A stretch of DNA of 64,000 nucleotides from Tidjanibacter sp. (GCA_963640325.1 CAVHXY010000007.1:29668-93667); one strand, 5' to 3'; positions 51,639 to 63,243 are shown, counted from the stretch's first letter. The notes: generated from the letters alone by a model not told the origin. Numbers and translations: made by a program.

Positions 51639-52375
51639 ATCGAATTGAGTTTCCGTTCTACTGCCTCACGCAGACAGGACTGTACGTCCTCACCCTCGGC
51701 ATGCCATACAATCTCGTTGGCAAAGCCCTCGGTGAGAAGCTTGCGCGCTTCCGCCTCGTCTATGCCCCGTTGGCGCATATAGTATACCGCTTCATCCTCC
51801 ACCTGCCCCACGACGGCCCCGTGACTACACTTCACATCGTCGGCATATATTTCCAATTGCGGTTCTGTAAAAATCCGGGCTTCCGTATTGAGCAACAGAT
51901 TGCGGCTCTGCTGATAAGCCTCCGTGCGCTGTGCATCTTTGGCAACATATATTCGGCCATGGAACCGCCCCTCGCCATGAGATGCCGCAATGCCTTTCAT
52001 CATCTCTCCGCTACGGCAGTCGGCCACATTGTGCATTACGTTCAGCGATACATTCTTGTGTTCCTGAGAAGCGGCTATGTAAACTCCCTTGAAATCAAAC
52101 GAAGCGGCAGAGCCATTGAGAGCCACAGCGTAAGACAAATCCGTTGAAGCGTCACTCATATCAACCGAAACGAATGTCACACGGGAGTTCTCTGCAAGTT
52201 CGATGGAGACCTTGCAGGCGAGATCTTCGGCACCGCTACAGAGCAGCTGCAACACCAGCTCGGCATCGCGTTCCACTTTAAAGCGCCTCTCGCATGAAGA
52301 ACGCACTTCATATGTGCAACACGACCTATTGCCAGTGGCAACGACCACTTCTCCATTCTGCATCAAGTCAAACAT
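51635..52375 (-). CDS. sufD: Fe-S cluster assembly protein SufD (short form)
   Basis: AQRTEAYQ, PQLEIYADDVKCSHGA, YMRQRGI. Confidence 0.9.
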   Translation of the reverse strand: MFDLMQNGEVVVATGNRSCCTYEVRSSCERRFKVERDAELVLQLLCSGAEDLACKVSIELAENSRVTFVSVDMSDASTDLSYAVALNGSAASFDFKGVYIAASQEHKNVSLNVMHNVADCRSGEMMKGIAASHGEGRFHGRIYVAKDAQRTEAYQQSRNLLLNTEARIFTEPQLEIYADDVKCSHGAVVGQVEDEAVYYMRQRGIDEAEARKLLTEGFANEIVWHAEGEDVQSCLREAVERKLNSI

Positions 52376-52381
52376 CGCCCT

Positions 52382-53155
52382 CTATTTTTTCGATTTATAT
52401 TCGTGTATCAGCCAGTCGTAACCCTCTTTCTCAAGTTTCAGTGCAAGCTCCTTGTCACCTGTATATATAATTTTGCCGTCATACAGGACATGCACCACAT
52501 CGGGAACAATATAATCCAGCAGACGCTGGTAGTGCGTAATGAGCACAATGCCGTTTTCCTCGCTGCGCAGTTTGTCCACACCAGTAGCTACAATGCGGAG
52601 TGCATCAATGTCAAGGCCGCTGTCGGTCTCATCCAACAAAGCCAACTCCGGTTGCAGCATAGCCATCTGGAAAATTTCATTGCGTTTCTTCTCGCCACCC
52701 GAAAAGCCGGCATTCACGGCACGGTTCATGAGTTTCGAATCGAGTTCCACCACTTGGGCTTTCTCGCGCATATATTTCAAAAACTCAGCCGGCGTCAGCG
52801 GTTCCTGTCCCAAATACTTCCTTCGTTCGCCGACAGCCATGCGCATAAAATTCGACATGCTCACTCCCGGTATCTCCACCGGATATTGGAACCCGAGAAA
52901 CAAACCGGCCCTGGCACGCTCCTCGATACTCATCTCCCTCAGGTCTTGCCCCAGATACTCCACCTTGCCCGACACCTCTCCATACTTGGGACTGCCGGCC
53001 AGCACCGATGCGAAAGTACTCTTGCCAGAACCGTTAGGACCCATTATGGCATGCACTTCACCAGCACACACACGGAAGTTGAGACCCTTGAGTATCTCTT
53101 TGCCTTCTACCGAAGCATGTAGATTTTCGACATTCAATATAACTTTCTTCTGCAT
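52382..53155 (-). CDS. sufC: Fe-S cluster assembly ATPase SufC
   Basis: GPNGSGKST, FQYPVEIPGV, FSGGEKKRNE, LDETDSGLD. Confidence 0.97.
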   Translation of the reverse strand: MQKKVILNVENLHASVEGKEILKGLNFRVCAGEVHAIMGPNGSGKSTFASVLAGSPKYGEVSGKVEYLGQDLREMSIEERARAGLFLGFQYPVEIPGVSMSNFMRMAVGERRKYLGQEPLTPAEFLKYMREKAQVVELDSKLMNRAVNAGFSGGEKKRNEIFQMAMLQPELALLDETDSGLDIDALRIVATGVDKLRSEENGIVLITHYQRLLDYIVPDVVHVLYDGKIIYTGDKELALKLEKEGYDWLIHEYKSKK

Positions 53156-53235
53156 ATCGCTTATTCTTTTCTTTTCCATTCAACCGTTTTCCCAAGACAT
53201 CCGATGTCCATGACATCCAATGTCTTGTACCCCCA

Positions 53236-54684
53236 CTACCCCACACTGCCTTCGAGGCTTATTGAAAGCAACTTTTGGGCCTCCATGGCAAACTCCATAG
53301 GCAATTTGTTCAGCACCTCCTTGGCATAGCCGTTCACAATCATTCCCACCGCATCTTCGGTGGATATGCCACGCTGATTGCAATACATCAGCTGGTCATC
53401 GCTTATCTTCGATGTAGTGGCCTCGTGTTCCACCACCGCACCGCTATTCTTGACATCTATATAAGGGAATGTGTGTGCACCGCATTTGTCTCCGATGAGC
53501 AGAGAGTCGCATTGCGAATAGTTGCGGGCATGCTCTGCCTTGGCTGCAACCTTCACCAGACCTCTGTAACTGTTCTGACTATATCCGGCCGAAATGCCTT
53601 TCGACACGATGCGGCTACGGGTATTACGCCCCAAGTGTATCATCTTGGTACCCGTGTCGGCCTGCTGGTAATTGTTGGTCAATGCCACCGAATAGAACTC
53701 TCCGAAACTATTGTCGCCCGCAAGTACACAACTCGGATATTTCCATGTTATGGCCGAACCTGTCTCCACCTGTGTCCACGACAAGCGCGCATTTTCGCCC
53801 TTGCACAATCCGCGTTTCGTAACGAAGTTATAGACGCCTCCACGTCCTTGCTTGTCACCGGGATACCAGTTCTGCACCGTGGAATACTTCACCTCCGCAT
53901 CCTTCATCACCACAATCTCAACCACAGCCGCATGCAGTTGGTTTTCATCCCTCATAGGAGCCGTACAGCCCTCCAGGTAGCTCACATATGCCCCTTCATC
54001 GGCAACAATGAGTGTACGTTCGAACTGGCCTGTACCCGAAGCATTGATACGGAAATATGTACTCAACTCCATGGGGCACCTTACTCCCTTTGGAATATAG
54101 CAGAAAGAACCGTCAGAGAACACGGCCGCATTGAGTGCAGCAAAGAAATTGTCGGTATACCCCACCACGCTACCAAGATACTTGCGTATCAAATCCGGAT
54201 GGTTCTTTATGGCCTCGTTCATGGAACAGAATATTATTCCCTTCTCGGCCAGCGTATTTTTGAAGGTAGTCTTCACCGACACTGAGTCCATAACGGCATC
54301 GACAGCCACTCCCGACAGACGCATCTGCTCCTCCAAGGGTATGCCGAGCTTGTCGAAAGTCTCCTTCAGTTGCGGGTCCACCGAGTCCATGCTGTCGTGT
54401 TTCGGTGCCGTGCGGGGAGCCGCATAATATATTATATCCTGATAATCAATAGGAGGAATGTCCAGATGAGCCCATGACGGCATCTCGAGTCCTTTCCAAT
54501 ATTCATAGGCCTTGAGACGGTACTCCAGCATCCAGTCAGGCTCTCCCTTCTTGTGCGATATAGCCCTGATTATAGACTCATTGAGCCCAGTAGGCAACGT
54601 ATCGGTATCGATATCGGTCGTAAAACCGTACTTATACTCGCCCTCCGTGAAATCGTTTATTATAATATTGCTCTTTTCTGTCAT
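53236..54684 (-). CDS. sufB: Fe-S cluster assembly protein SufB
   Basis: [34 protein letters not shown]. Confidence 0.97.
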   Translation of the reverse strand: MTEKSNIIINDFTEGEYKYGFTTDIDTDTLPTGLNESIIRAISHKKGEPDWMLEYRLKAYEYWKGLEMPSWAHLDIPPIDYQDIIYYAAPRTAPKHDSMDSVDPQLKETFDKLGIPLEEQMRLSGVAVDAVMDSVSVKTTFKNTLAEKGIIFCSMNEAIKNHPDLIRKYLGSVVGYTDNFFAALNAAVFSDGSFCYIPKGVRCPMELSTYFRINASGTGQFERTLIVADEGAYVSYLEGCTAPMRDENQLHAAVVEIVVMKDAEVKYSTVQNWYPGDKQGRGGVYNFVTKRGLCKGENARLSWTQVETGSAITWKYPSCVLAGDNSFGEFYSVALTNNYQQADTGTKMIHLGRNTRSRIVSKGISAGYSQNSYRGLVKVAAKAEHARNYSQCDSLLIGDKCGAHTFPYIDVKNSGAVVEHEATTSKISDDQLMYCNQRGISTEDAVGMIVNGYAKEVLNKLPMEFAMEAQKLLSISLEGSVG

Positions 54685-54884
54685 CGCCTTTCACATATCT
54701 TGCAAAATTAACCATTGTTGCAATAGCAACAAAATTTAAGTTGCAAATTACGCAAAAAAGCGTATCGTCCCATATCGGAGCTCACCCGACAATGGCAAGC
54801 GACATGCGCCCCCAAATACATATGAGGCAATCAGTAACCTGTCACAAAAAGGAGCAGTACAGACAATAATCAAAAACAAAAAAA

Positions 54885-54913
54885 GGCGGTTCGGCACAAT
54901 TGACCGAACCGCC
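54885..54913 (-). terminator. Intrinsic terminator after TPR gene
   Basis: GGCGGTTCGG-loop-CCGAACCGCC with an A-tract on its left (U-tract on minus). Confidence 0.75.
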
Positions 54914-54937
54914 CGAATCATTCCGTCAAGCAGACTG

Positions 54938-56266
54938 TTATTGATTCTTGCTTGCCTTGAACTCCTCGTTGTACTTGGTGTACTTGTCCATGATGCCGTC
55001 CTTGTAGTCTCTCAGACGGAAGCACAGGTTCTTGAGGTACTCCAGATAGGTAATCTCCGAGGGATTGAGCTCGTGAGCCTTCTCCAACGGTGCAAGTGCC
55101 TCGTAGTAAATAGACATGGCGTTGTCCAAAGCTGCATCATACTCGCTCTGACCCGAGAATGTCTTCTTGTTGAGCTCGTCTACGGCTGCATCTCCTTTGC
55201 GGATATAAAGGAGGCCGAGGCACCAATAACCGGTGTAGTCATTGGGAGTAAGTTCTGCCACATGCTTGAATGCATCGATAGAACTGTCGGTATCGCCAAG
55301 CTGGTCGTATACTCGTCCGAGGCCGATCCACAAATCCGCATTCTTGGGATCCTTGTCAATAGCCTCCTTTACGGTAGTAACGATGGTCGACGGGTCGCGT
55401 GAAAGTTCAACATAGAGGTCTATCATGCACTCGATTATCTTCGTATTGTTGGGATACTTGTTCAAACCGGTGGTAAGGTTCTCCTCCACGCCTGCCAGTT
55501 TCTCCTTGTCACCGTTGGCAAGACCTTTGTAGGCATGGTAGATGTAATAGTAAACATCACCGTCCTGCTCCTCACCGTTGTCACGGGCAATCTTCAGATT
55601 GTCATAGCTGGCCTGGTATTCGTTGCACAGGAGATAAGAAACACCGGCATTGCTGGCCGTGTAGTAATCGGGCTGAATACCAGAGTATGAAAGAGCCGAA
55701 ACTGCATATGCTTTTTGGAAATATTCACCTGCTGTCTTGTACTCACCGAGGTTGTATGCAGCCTCAGCCTTTTTGCTGAATGTATTGTAGATCTCTTTCA
55801 GCCCCGGCTGAATCTTGGAATCTGCAGCACCGAGTTCCTTGGCTTTCTCGTAGCACTCCAATGCCTCGTCGATAGCATTCTCGCGGATAATGTAAGTAAT
55901 CTCCCATGACAAGATGCTGGAACCGTCGGTGTAGGCATCAAAATAGGGATAAACTATTTTCGTGAAGGTGTTATTACCCTTCTTTACCTGACCTGCGTCC
56001 TGGCCGTTGCCGAACATCAGGTTGGCAGTCATGAGAGGCTGACCTTTGAATACATTGCCGAGGACTGCAGTTTCTGCATCCATAAGAGCGGATGCACGTG
56101 TAATCCACGTTGCGGCCTTGGTGTTCTTCTTCGGATTTGCAATGTCGGCATCCGACTTGGCTATTTTGGCCAAGATAGCATCCTTATTGACATTGACCTT
56201 CGTCTGTGCCATCATCGGAGCACCCAGAAACAAGGATGCAGCGACTAATAAAAAGAATTTTTTCAT
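54938..56266 (-). CDS. Tetratricopeptide repeat protein
   Basis: Signal peptide, TPR helices, directly downstream of gyrA. Confidence 0.85.
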   Translation of the reverse strand: MKKFFLLVAASLFLGAPMMAQTKVNVNKDAILAKIAKSDADIANPKKNTKAATWITRASALMDAETAVLGNVFKGQPLMTANLMFGNGQDAGQVKKGNNTFTKIVYPYFDAYTDGSSILSWEITYIIRENAIDEALECYEKAKELGAADSKIQPGLKEIYNTFSKKAEAAYNLGEYKTAGEYFQKAYAVSALSYSGIQPDYYTASNAGVSYLLCNEYQASYDNLKIARDNGEEQDGDVYYYIYHAYKGLANGDKEKLAGVEENLTTGLNKYPNNTKIIECMIDLYVELSRDPSTIVTTVKEAIDKDPKNADLWIGLGRVYDQLGDTDSSIDAFKHVAELTPNDYTGYWCLGLLYIRKGDAAVDELNKKTFSGQSEYDAALDNAMSIYYEALAPLEKAHELNPSEITYLEYLKNLCFRLRDYKDGIMDKYTKYNEEFKASKNQ

Positions 56267-56351
56267 ACTTAAAATTATTATTTGTTGTTAAACCCAATAT
56301 TTCTCTTTTTACCTATGTTCTTCCGGCTTGGTTCCGTAACGGCCGGAGTAT

Positions 56352-58853
56352 CTACTCCGACACTATCTCTCCTGCCGTTTCTCCCGAGACCTCGGGTGTC
56401 TCCTCGTCATCGTTTTTCGGCACTACAGTTACCGAAGCGATTCTGTCACCCTGGCGCAGATTGATAATCTTCACACCCTGTGTCGCACGACCTGCCACCT
56501 TAATGTCGGCAATCGGAGTCCGTATCGTTGTTCCGCTATGGGTGATTATCATGAGGTCGTAATTATCGCTCACTGCCTGTATCGAAACCAAAGCCCCAGT
56601 CTTGTCGGTAATCTGAAGTGTCTTGACTCCTTTGCCGCCACGGCTCGTCTGACGGTATTCGTCCAAATCAGTGCGTTTGCCGAATCCGTTCTCGCTCAAT
56701 GCCAGCACATCAAACTCGCTGTCAGGCTCTATGGCAACAATGCCGACAACATGATTGGTCGTTTCATCAATATCGATTCCGCGCACACCTGCAGCCGTAC
56801 GGCCTATGGGCCTTACAGAGCTGTCGTTGAACCTGATGGCCTTGCCCTCGTGGGTTGCGATGAGTATCTGAGCATTGCCGCTCGTAAGCTTCACATCCAG
56901 CAACTGGTCGCCCTCCTTTATGGTTATCGCATTCACTCCATTGGCTCTCGGACGCGAATAAGCCTCCAACAAGGTCTTCTTTATAATACCGTTGCGGGTA
57001 CACATGATAATGTAGTTGTTGTTTATGTACTCCTCATCGGTCAGTTTCTTCACATTCAGATATGCCATCACCTTGTCGTCGGGGTCGATCTGTACAAGGT
57101 TCTGTATGGCCCGTCCCTTGGAGGCACGCGTACCCTCAGGCAGTTCATAGACCTTAAGCCAGTAGCAACGGCCCTTTTCGGTAAAGAACATCATGGTATT
57201 GTGCATCGAAGCCACATAGAGGTGCTCTATGAAGTCCTCTTCCCTTGTTGCACTGCCCTTTATACCGATACCGCCACGGTTCTGTGTCTTGTACTCTGTG
57301 AGCGGAGTACGCTTGATGTATCCCATGTGCGATATGGTAATCACCATGTCATCATCGGCATAGAAATCCTCGGGATTGAACTCACCGGCACTCATCACAA
57401 TCTCCGTGCGACGCTCGTCGGCATATTTCTCCTTTATCTCTATGGTCTCCTGCTTTACGATGTCGAGTTGCAGCTCCACGCTGCTCAAAACATTCTTGTA
57501 TCTTTCTATACGCTCGCACAACGAGGCATACTCCTCATCGAGCTTGTGACGCTCAAGACCGGTCAGGGCCCGCAGCCTCATATCGATTATCGCACCTGCC
57601 TGCAACTCACTCAAACCGAAGCGTTCCATCAAGGCACTCTTGGCTTCGTCGGGGGTCTGCGCGCCTCTTATTATCCTTATAATCTCGTCTATATGATCCA
57701 GCGCAATCAACAGGCCCTGCACTATGTGGGCTCTTGCCTCCGCGGCAGCCAAGTCGAACTTGGTGCGACGTACCACAATTTCGTGGCGGTGCTCCACGAA
57801 GTTGGCAATCAAGTCCTTAAGGTTAAGCAACATAGGACGTCCGCCCACCAATGCAATGTTATTCACCGGGAACGAAGTCTGCAAGGGTGTATTCTTATAC
57901 AACGTGTTGAGCATCACGCTTGCCTTGGCATCCTGTTTGAGAATTATCACGATTCTCACGCCCTCCTTGTTACTCTCGTCGTTGATGTATGAAATACCCT
58001 CAAGTTTCTTCTCGTTGATCATGTCGGCAATCCGCTTGATCATGTCGGCCTTGTTGACCATATAGGGAATTTCCGTAACAACGATGCACTCTCTTCCGCT
58101 ATGGGTGTGCTCTATCTCCGTCTTGGCGCGCATCACTATCCGTCCGCGACCCGTTTCAAGGGCCTCCTTCACGCCCTCGTAGCCGTAGATTATGCCTCCC
58201 GTGGGAAAATCGGGCCCCTTCACATACTTGGCAAGTTCCGAAACATCCATGTCTCTGTTGTCAATGTATGCACATATTGCATCGCACACCTCTCCCAGGT
58301 TGTGGGGTGCCATATTGGTAGCCATACCAACTGCAATACCGGATGCTCCATTGACCAGCAACAGAGGAATCCTCGTAGGCAGCACGACAGGCTCCTTCTC
58401 GGTATCATCAAAGTTGTTTACGAAATCGACCGTATCCTTGTCGATATCGGCCATCACTTCATCCGTAATCTTGCGCATGCGCGCCTCCGTATAACGCATT
58501 GCCGCAGGGCTGTCACCGTCCATCGAACCGAAGTTACCCTGACCGTCCACCAACGGATATCTCAAGCTCCACGACTGCGCCATTCTGACCATGGCGTCAT
58601 AGACCGATGAATCTCCATGCGGGTGAAACTTACCCAACACATCACCTACGATTCTCGCACTCTTCCTGGTGGGCTTATTGGAATACAGATTCAATTCGTG
58701 GCTCATATCATACAGAATACGACGATGAACCGGTTTCAGACCATCCCTGACATCGGGCAAGGCACGAGAGACGATAACCGACATCGAATAGTCGATGTAG
58801 GCGGATTTCATCTCCTCCTCAATATTTATCCTTATGATTTTTTCTTCTGACAT
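56352..58853 (-). CDS. gyrA: DNA gyrase subunit A
   Basis: [29 protein letters not shown], GyrA-box-like QNRGGIG. Confidence 0.98.
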   Translation of the reverse strand: MSEEKIIRINIEEEMKSAYIDYSMSVIVSRALPDVRDGLKPVHRRILYDMSHELNLYSNKPTRKSARIVGDVLGKFHPHGDSSVYDAMVRMAQSWSLRYPLVDGQGNFGSMDGDSPAAMRYTEARMRKITDEVMADIDKDTVDFVNNFDDTEKEPVVLPTRIPLLLVNGASGIAVGMATNMAPHNLGEVCDAICAYIDNRDMDVSELAKYVKGPDFPTGGIIYGYEGVKEALETGRGRIVMRAKTEIEHTHSGRECIVVTEIPYMVNKADMIKRIADMINEKKLEGISYINDESNKEGVRIVIILKQDAKASVMLNTLYKNTPLQTSFPVNNIALVGGRPMLLNLKDLIANFVEHRHEIVVRRTKFDLAAAEARAHIVQGLLIALDHIDEIIRIIRGAQTPDEAKSALMERFGLSELQAGAIIDMRLRALTGLERHKLDEEYASLCERIERYKNVLSSVELQLDIVKQETIEIKEKYADERRTEIVMSAGEFNPEDFYADDDMVITISHMGYIKRTPLTEYKTQNRGGIGIKGSATREEDFIEHLYVASMHNTMMFFTEKGRCYWLKVYELPEGTRASKGRAIQNLVQIDPDDKVMAYLNVKKLTDEEYINNNYIIMCTRNGIIKKTLLEAYSRPRANGVNAITIKEGDQLLDVKLTSGNAQILIATHEGKAIRFNDSSVRPIGRTAAGVRGIDIDETTNHVVGIVAIEPDSEFDVLALSENGFGKRTDLDEYRQTSRGGKGVKTLQITDKTGALVSIQAVSDNYDLMIITHSGTTIRTPIADIKVAGRATQGVKIINLRQGDRIASVTVVPKNDDEETPEVSGETAGEIVSE

Positions 58854-59162
58854 CTATTCGTTTTTGCCATTAGTATAACAGCGTAAAAGTATGGATTTTT
58901 TATCTTTCGACCAAAAAAATAGCAAACATAATTTCGCCCGGAATCATCTTTTACAGCATATTCATTGGCTTCTGCCGCAATTATCCGGCATGAGTAGAGA
59001 AAACAGCCGTACAAAGACTTTGAGTCTTTTTGCCAAGGAGACAAACCTTGGACAATAAACTGTTCTTAGAACGGTTTTTGAGTTTGTTGGGGACACACCA
59101 TGCAAAAGGATTTTACACAACTGTAGCCCCCCACAAGTGTCTGCGCACTGAAACGGAATAGG

Positions 59163-59789
59163 CTACCGGAAATCGATGACCTCATAACCCGAGTATGACT
59201 CGGGTACATACTTGAACAAGGAACTGTCTTCCACTGCCGGAAACGAAATTCTCTTCACAGAGAAGACGAGTTGCGAACCGTTGTAGTCATACGACAAACC
59301 CACCGGCAATGATGTCTCACTGTCCACATAGAGCATTATTCCGTTTGCACCGTTCAAGTCATCCGTCTTGGGCGAAAGCGACACCACCGCGCACCGCTTG
59401 CCATTGTGGCTCTCCGTTCCCTTGTACGTCATGTCAAACACCGCAGAGCTGAATTCAAATGCATGCACAGGATTGGTGAGAATGTCCGTCGACTCCGTAT
59501 CAGCATTGTCGATTATTACCTGGCGGTCAGCCCTGTTCACCTCATAGCGATAACGACCGTCGCTGAACTGCACCTGATCTCCTGCCGAAATACGGTATTT
59601 CTCGCCCGACACTGCAAGTTCGCCATCAATGGCGGCCATTCCGTCCACACCGGCCAAAAATGTCATTGCAAACCGCCCTTTCTCTACAAGGGCACTCCTC
59701 ATCCGTGCAACTGTCTCCTCAGACGCCTTGTCGGCCATCAGGTTTACAGATGCCAAAACAAAGACAACTAAAACGAACAATCTTCTCAT
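59163..59789 (-). CDS. lolA: Outer-membrane lipoprotein carrier LolA-like
   Basis: Signal peptide, GEKYRI, DG..Y, C-terminal EVIDFR; downstream of ftsK. Confidence 0.75.
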   Translation of the reverse strand: MRRLFVLVVFVLASVNLMADKASEETVARMRSALVEKGRFAMTFLAGVDGMAAIDGELAVSGEKYRISAGDQVQFSDGRYRYEVNRADRQVIIDNADTESTDILTNPVHAFEFSSAVFDMTYKGTESHNGKRCAVVSLSPKTDDLNGANGIMLYVDSETSLPVGLSYDYNGSQLVFSVKRISFPAVEDSSLFKYVPESYSGYEVIDFR

Positions 59790-59827
59790 AAGGTCCTCCT
59801 CTACTCTTTTCCTCTCCTTCGTGGCAA

Positions 59828-62737
59828 TCACAGATGCAGTTCGGCAAAGATGTCCTCCAGTACCGGCATGTCATACACAAGCACTTCGCGAGGCTTGCTG
59901 CCGTCCTGACGTCCCACAATGCCGGCTCTCTCAAGCTGGTCCATCAGGCGGCCCGCCTTGTTGTAGCCAAAACTGAAATTGCGCTGTATGGCTGATGTGG
60001 AACCCACCTGGTTGCTCACCACAAACCGGGCAACCTCCTTGAAGGCCGGATCGAACCTGTCAGCATCCATCGTATCACCGCCCATCGCCGGAGAGGCTCC
60101 GCCTTCGGGAGTATAGTCCGGCAAGGCATATGCCTCCGTATAGCTCTTCTGCTTGCTTATAAACGAAATGATGCGTTCTATCTCGGGTGTGTCAATGAAT
60201 GCACACTGCAGGCGGGTCATCTCTCCGTTGAGCAGCATGAGCATATCGCCCATTCCCACCAGCTGATTGGCTCCGGGCTGGTCAAGAATGGTTCGCGAGT
60301 CGACCATAGACATGACACGGAATGCAATACGGGCAGGGAAATTGGCCTTTATCAAGCCCGTGATGACCTTTACGTCCGGACGCTGTGTCGCAATTATCAA
60401 GTGGATACCAACTGCACGTGCCAGCTGTGCAAGGCGGGTAATGGGGGCCTCAACCTCCTTGCCTGCCGTCATAATCATATCGGCAAACTCATCTATCACC
60501 ACCACAATATACGGCAGGAACCGATGGCCTTTCTTGGGGTTGAGACGGCGATGGAGGAACTTGTCATTATACTCGGTTATTTTCTTTGCCTCGGCCATGC
60601 GCAACAGTTCGTAGCGCGCCTCCATTTCACTGCACAGCGAATTGAGCGTATAGACCACCTTCTGCGTGTCGGTCAGTATGGCCGTATCCTCGCTCTCCAT
60701 CTTGGCCAGGAAATATTTCTCCAGCTTGGAGTATATCGACAGTTCCACCTTCTTGGGGTCGACCATCACAAACTTCAGCTCGGCCGGGTGCTTCTTATAG
60801 AGCAATGATGCGATTATCACGTTAAGTCCTACAGATTTGCCCTGCCCCGTGGCTCCTGCCACCAACAGATGGGGCATCTTCGTGAGGTCCACCATGAATG
60901 TCTCGTTCTGGATGGTCTTGCCCAGCACCACCGGCAGCTCATACTTGCTCTCCTGGAACTTGAGTGACTTCACAACCGAATACATCGACACCGTCTGACG
61001 GTTGCGGTTGGGTATCTCTATACCTATCGTCCCCTTGCCGGGTATAGGCACTATCATTCGTATGCTCAATGCCTTGAGATCAAGGGCAATATTCGACTCC
61101 AGACTCTTGATGCGCTGCAGCTTTATGCCCTGCGCCGGTTCTATCTCATAAAGCGTAACCGTCGGCCCCACCGTGGCCTTTATCCTGTTTATCTTGATGC
61201 CGAAATTGTTGAGCGTGCTCATTATACGGTCCTTGTTCTCGTTGATCTCTTCGGTGGAATACTCTACATCGTCGTCACGGCGCTCCAATATCTGCAACGG
61301 CGGCCGCTTGTAAGTGGACAGCTCTCGGGTAGGATCATAAAGGTTTGCCTCTATATCGTCCTCATCGGCCTCCATATCGGTATTCTCGCGCATCACGACA
61401 GTCATTCCGTTTGCCCCCATTGACTCCACCACTCCACCCGCACCGAGTGTTGCCGTACCGGAATTCTCGTCATCAGCAGCAAAGTTCTCCTCTTGCCCGT
61501 CGGAGTTTGGAGTCAGCTTTTCTGTCCCTGCCTCAGGAACCACCTTGGTAGTCGGCGCACAAGTAGCAGTTGCAGCAACAGCGTCGCCCGAGTGAGTCGC
61601 ACCTATTGCCATTCCTGCCATTCCGGTCGATCCGTCCACAGTGGGGACCACCTCCAAATCATCACTCTGTGAAGAGCTTCTGCGACGTCCATACTCAGCT
61701 TGCGGACGACGACGGCTCTGCGCCTGCACCGGTTCTCCATCAAGCTCCACATATGCAGTCTCCTGCTCTGCATGTTCCTCCTGTTCCAATGACCTGCGCC
61801 ACTCTGCCTCCTCGGTTTTGTCTCTGAAAGGATTCACCACTACAGTGTCATCAATATCCACAGTCATATCATCCACCGTCGTTTCGTGATTGACCACGAT
61901 ATCGTCATCCTCCTGCTCATGATGCGAACGACCTATTTCGATCTCTTCCAACTCTTCGCCGGCGCCATTTTCTTCAGATGTTGTTGTCACCGGTCTTCCG
62001 ACCGTTATTGGTACTGACTGTTTCTGTTGTTCTCCTATAGGCTCCTGCAGTGTGTTGTCGGCAGTATCTGCCTCAACCGATTCCGTACGATGAAGAGTAA
62101 AGACGTCCACGGCCTTTTGTGCTACCATCTCACCTGCCTTGTTCACGACGTTTATCGTACGGCGGTTGAGATAGACAGCAAAGAGAATCCATGACATGAA
62201 CAACAGCAAGCCCTCGCCCCAGTTGATGTAATGCTCTATCTTGAGTGCCACCTGCCAACCGCACATGCCCCCCAGGCCAGAACCGAAAATACCCCAACTG
62301 TTCTTGAAAATATATCCAGCCGTGAGCGAACCGAGCAACATGACAATAACGGTGATTCGCAACGAACGTTCCAATACCAACGGACGGTAACGCATAATTC
62401 TGAACGCCAACAGCATCAGCACCACAGGCACACATACACCGAACACTCCGGCAAAGCGCGAAACCAAATAGTAGCCGACATATGCCCCCACACCTCCCAT
62501 GAGGTTGGAGAAGGAGATGTCGTTGAATTTAACCCCCTCGTTCTGGAAGAAAAGCTGGTCATCGCTCCATGTAAAATAGTAAGAGGCTATGGCGATAAAG
62601 ACAAACAATGCCAAAAACATCAGCACGAAACTGAACACCCAACGCCCCGTTCCGGTCGAAGGTTCTTTTGTATCGGCGACTTTGTCAATTTTCGGCGCCG
62701 GCGTCTGTTTTGTCTTTCCTGCCATAACGTTTTTCAT
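59828..62737 (-). CDS. ftsK: DNA translocase FtsK
   Basis: Four N-terminal TMs, linker, PHLLVAGATGQGKS, IDEFAD, ATQRP, gamma domain GYNKAGRLMDQLE. Confidence 0.97.
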   Translation of the reverse strand: MKNVMAGKTKQTPAPKIDKVADTKEPSTGTGRWVFSFVLMFLALFVFIAIASYYFTWSDDQLFFQNEGVKFNDISFSNLMGGVGAYVGYYLVSRFAGVFGVCVPVVLMLLAFRIMRYRPLVLERSLRITVIVMLLGSLTAGYIFKNSWGIFGSGLGGMCGWQVALKIEHYINWGEGLLLFMSWILFAVYLNRRTINVVNKAGEMVAQKAVDVFTLHRTESVEADTADNTLQEPIGEQQKQSVPITVGRPVTTTSEENGAGEELEEIEIGRSHHEQEDDDIVVNHETTVDDMTVDIDDTVVVNPFRDKTEEAEWRRSLEQEEHAEQETAYVELDGEPVQAQSRRRPQAEYGRRRSSSQSDDLEVVPTVDGSTGMAGMAIGATHSGDAVAATATCAPTTKVVPEAGTEKLTPNSDGQEENFAADDENSGTATLGAGGVVESMGANGMTVVMRENTDMEADEDDIEANLYDPTRELSTYKRPPLQILERRDDDVEYSTEEINENKDRIMSTLNNFGIKINRIKATVGPTVTLYEIEPAQGIKLQRIKSLESNIALDLKALSIRMIVPIPGKGTIGIEIPNRNRQTVSMYSVVKSLKFQESKYELPVVLGKTIQNETFMVDLTKMPHLLVAGATGQGKSVGLNVIIASLLYKKHPAELKFVMVDPKKVELSIYSKLEKYFLAKMESEDTAILTDTQKVVYTLNSLCSEMEARYELLRMAEAKKITEYNDKFLHRRLNPKKGHRFLPYIVVVIDEFADMIMTAGKEVEAPITRLAQLARAVGIHLIIATQRPDVKVITGLIKANFPARIAFRVMSMVDSRTILDQPGANQLVGMGDMLMLLNGEMTRLQCAFIDTPEIERIISFISKQKSYTEAYALPDYTPEGGASPAMGGDTMDADRFDPAFKEVARFVVSNQVGSTSAIQRNFSFGYNKAGRLMDQLERAGIVGRQDGSKPREVLVYDMPVLEDIFAELHL

Positions 62738-62872
62738 TTCATGCTTCGGGTGTAGTTGTCACATATGCATATGACAACTCCGAACGGACAAAAATAAGCA
62801 AAATTAAGGATATTCGGAAACTGTTTTGTCGCACATGGGCAATCTTCAGCGGCTGCTGTCTAAGGTTTCTTA

Positions 62873-62980
62873 TAAAAACAAGGAGTGTCGTACCTACACT
62901 CCTTTATGTCCCCTTCGCTTAACATCTACCCAATCGGTACTGGCAGCTTCGCCCGCCGGGGACAAGGTGGTTGCGATAAC
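62873..62980 (-). ncRNA. Candidate structured small RNA (copy 2) with its own terminator
   Basis: Minus strand: TAAATTTG promoter (62986-62993); TGTCCCC..GGGGACA stem enclosing two hairpins with CCAGTAC..TAGATGT; terminator AAGGAGTGT-loop-ACACTCCTTGTTTTT. Confidence 0.5.
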
Positions 62981-63018
62981 CAATGCAAATTTACGAACAA
63001 AAAATAATCGACCAAAAT

Positions 63019-63243
63019 ATGAAGCAAACAATTTTACTTGAAGCGAAAAAAATGGTGAGAGAAGCCGGGTATCATGACGCAAGACGAATCGGCACGTGGA
63101 AAGGCTTTACAGTCATAGAGCCGATATTTACAGACGGGCAAGGCTACTTTATCGGCTTTCCGCAATACATTCTCTACAAGGACGGCAAATTGCGTTGGAC
63201 GAATGATTGGCAGGAAAGTCTTGACATTATGAACACCATGTAA
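63019..63243 (+). CDS. 74-aa protein, candidate orphan immunity protein (copy 2)
   Basis: 60/74 aa identical to 33231-33455; no toxin gene adjacent. Confidence 0.75.
   Translation: MKQTILLEAKKMVREAGYHDARRIGTWKGFTVIEPIFTDGQGYFIGFPQYILYKDGKLRWTNDWQESLDIMNTM

Noticed and set aside
51635..52375. Short SufD as a pseudogene
   Set aside because: The conserved C-terminal core is intact and the gene is tightly coupled to sufC and sufS.
56538..57992. Long antisense ORFs (also 11231-12322, 17035-18093, 20654-21922, 25459-26823, 53275-54285)
   Set aside because: Shadow frames opposite well-conserved genes, with no recognisable motifs.
58860..59160. 300-bp gyrA-lolA spacer with short stems as an ncRNA
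   Set aside because: Stems are short and inconsistent, and no family was recognised.
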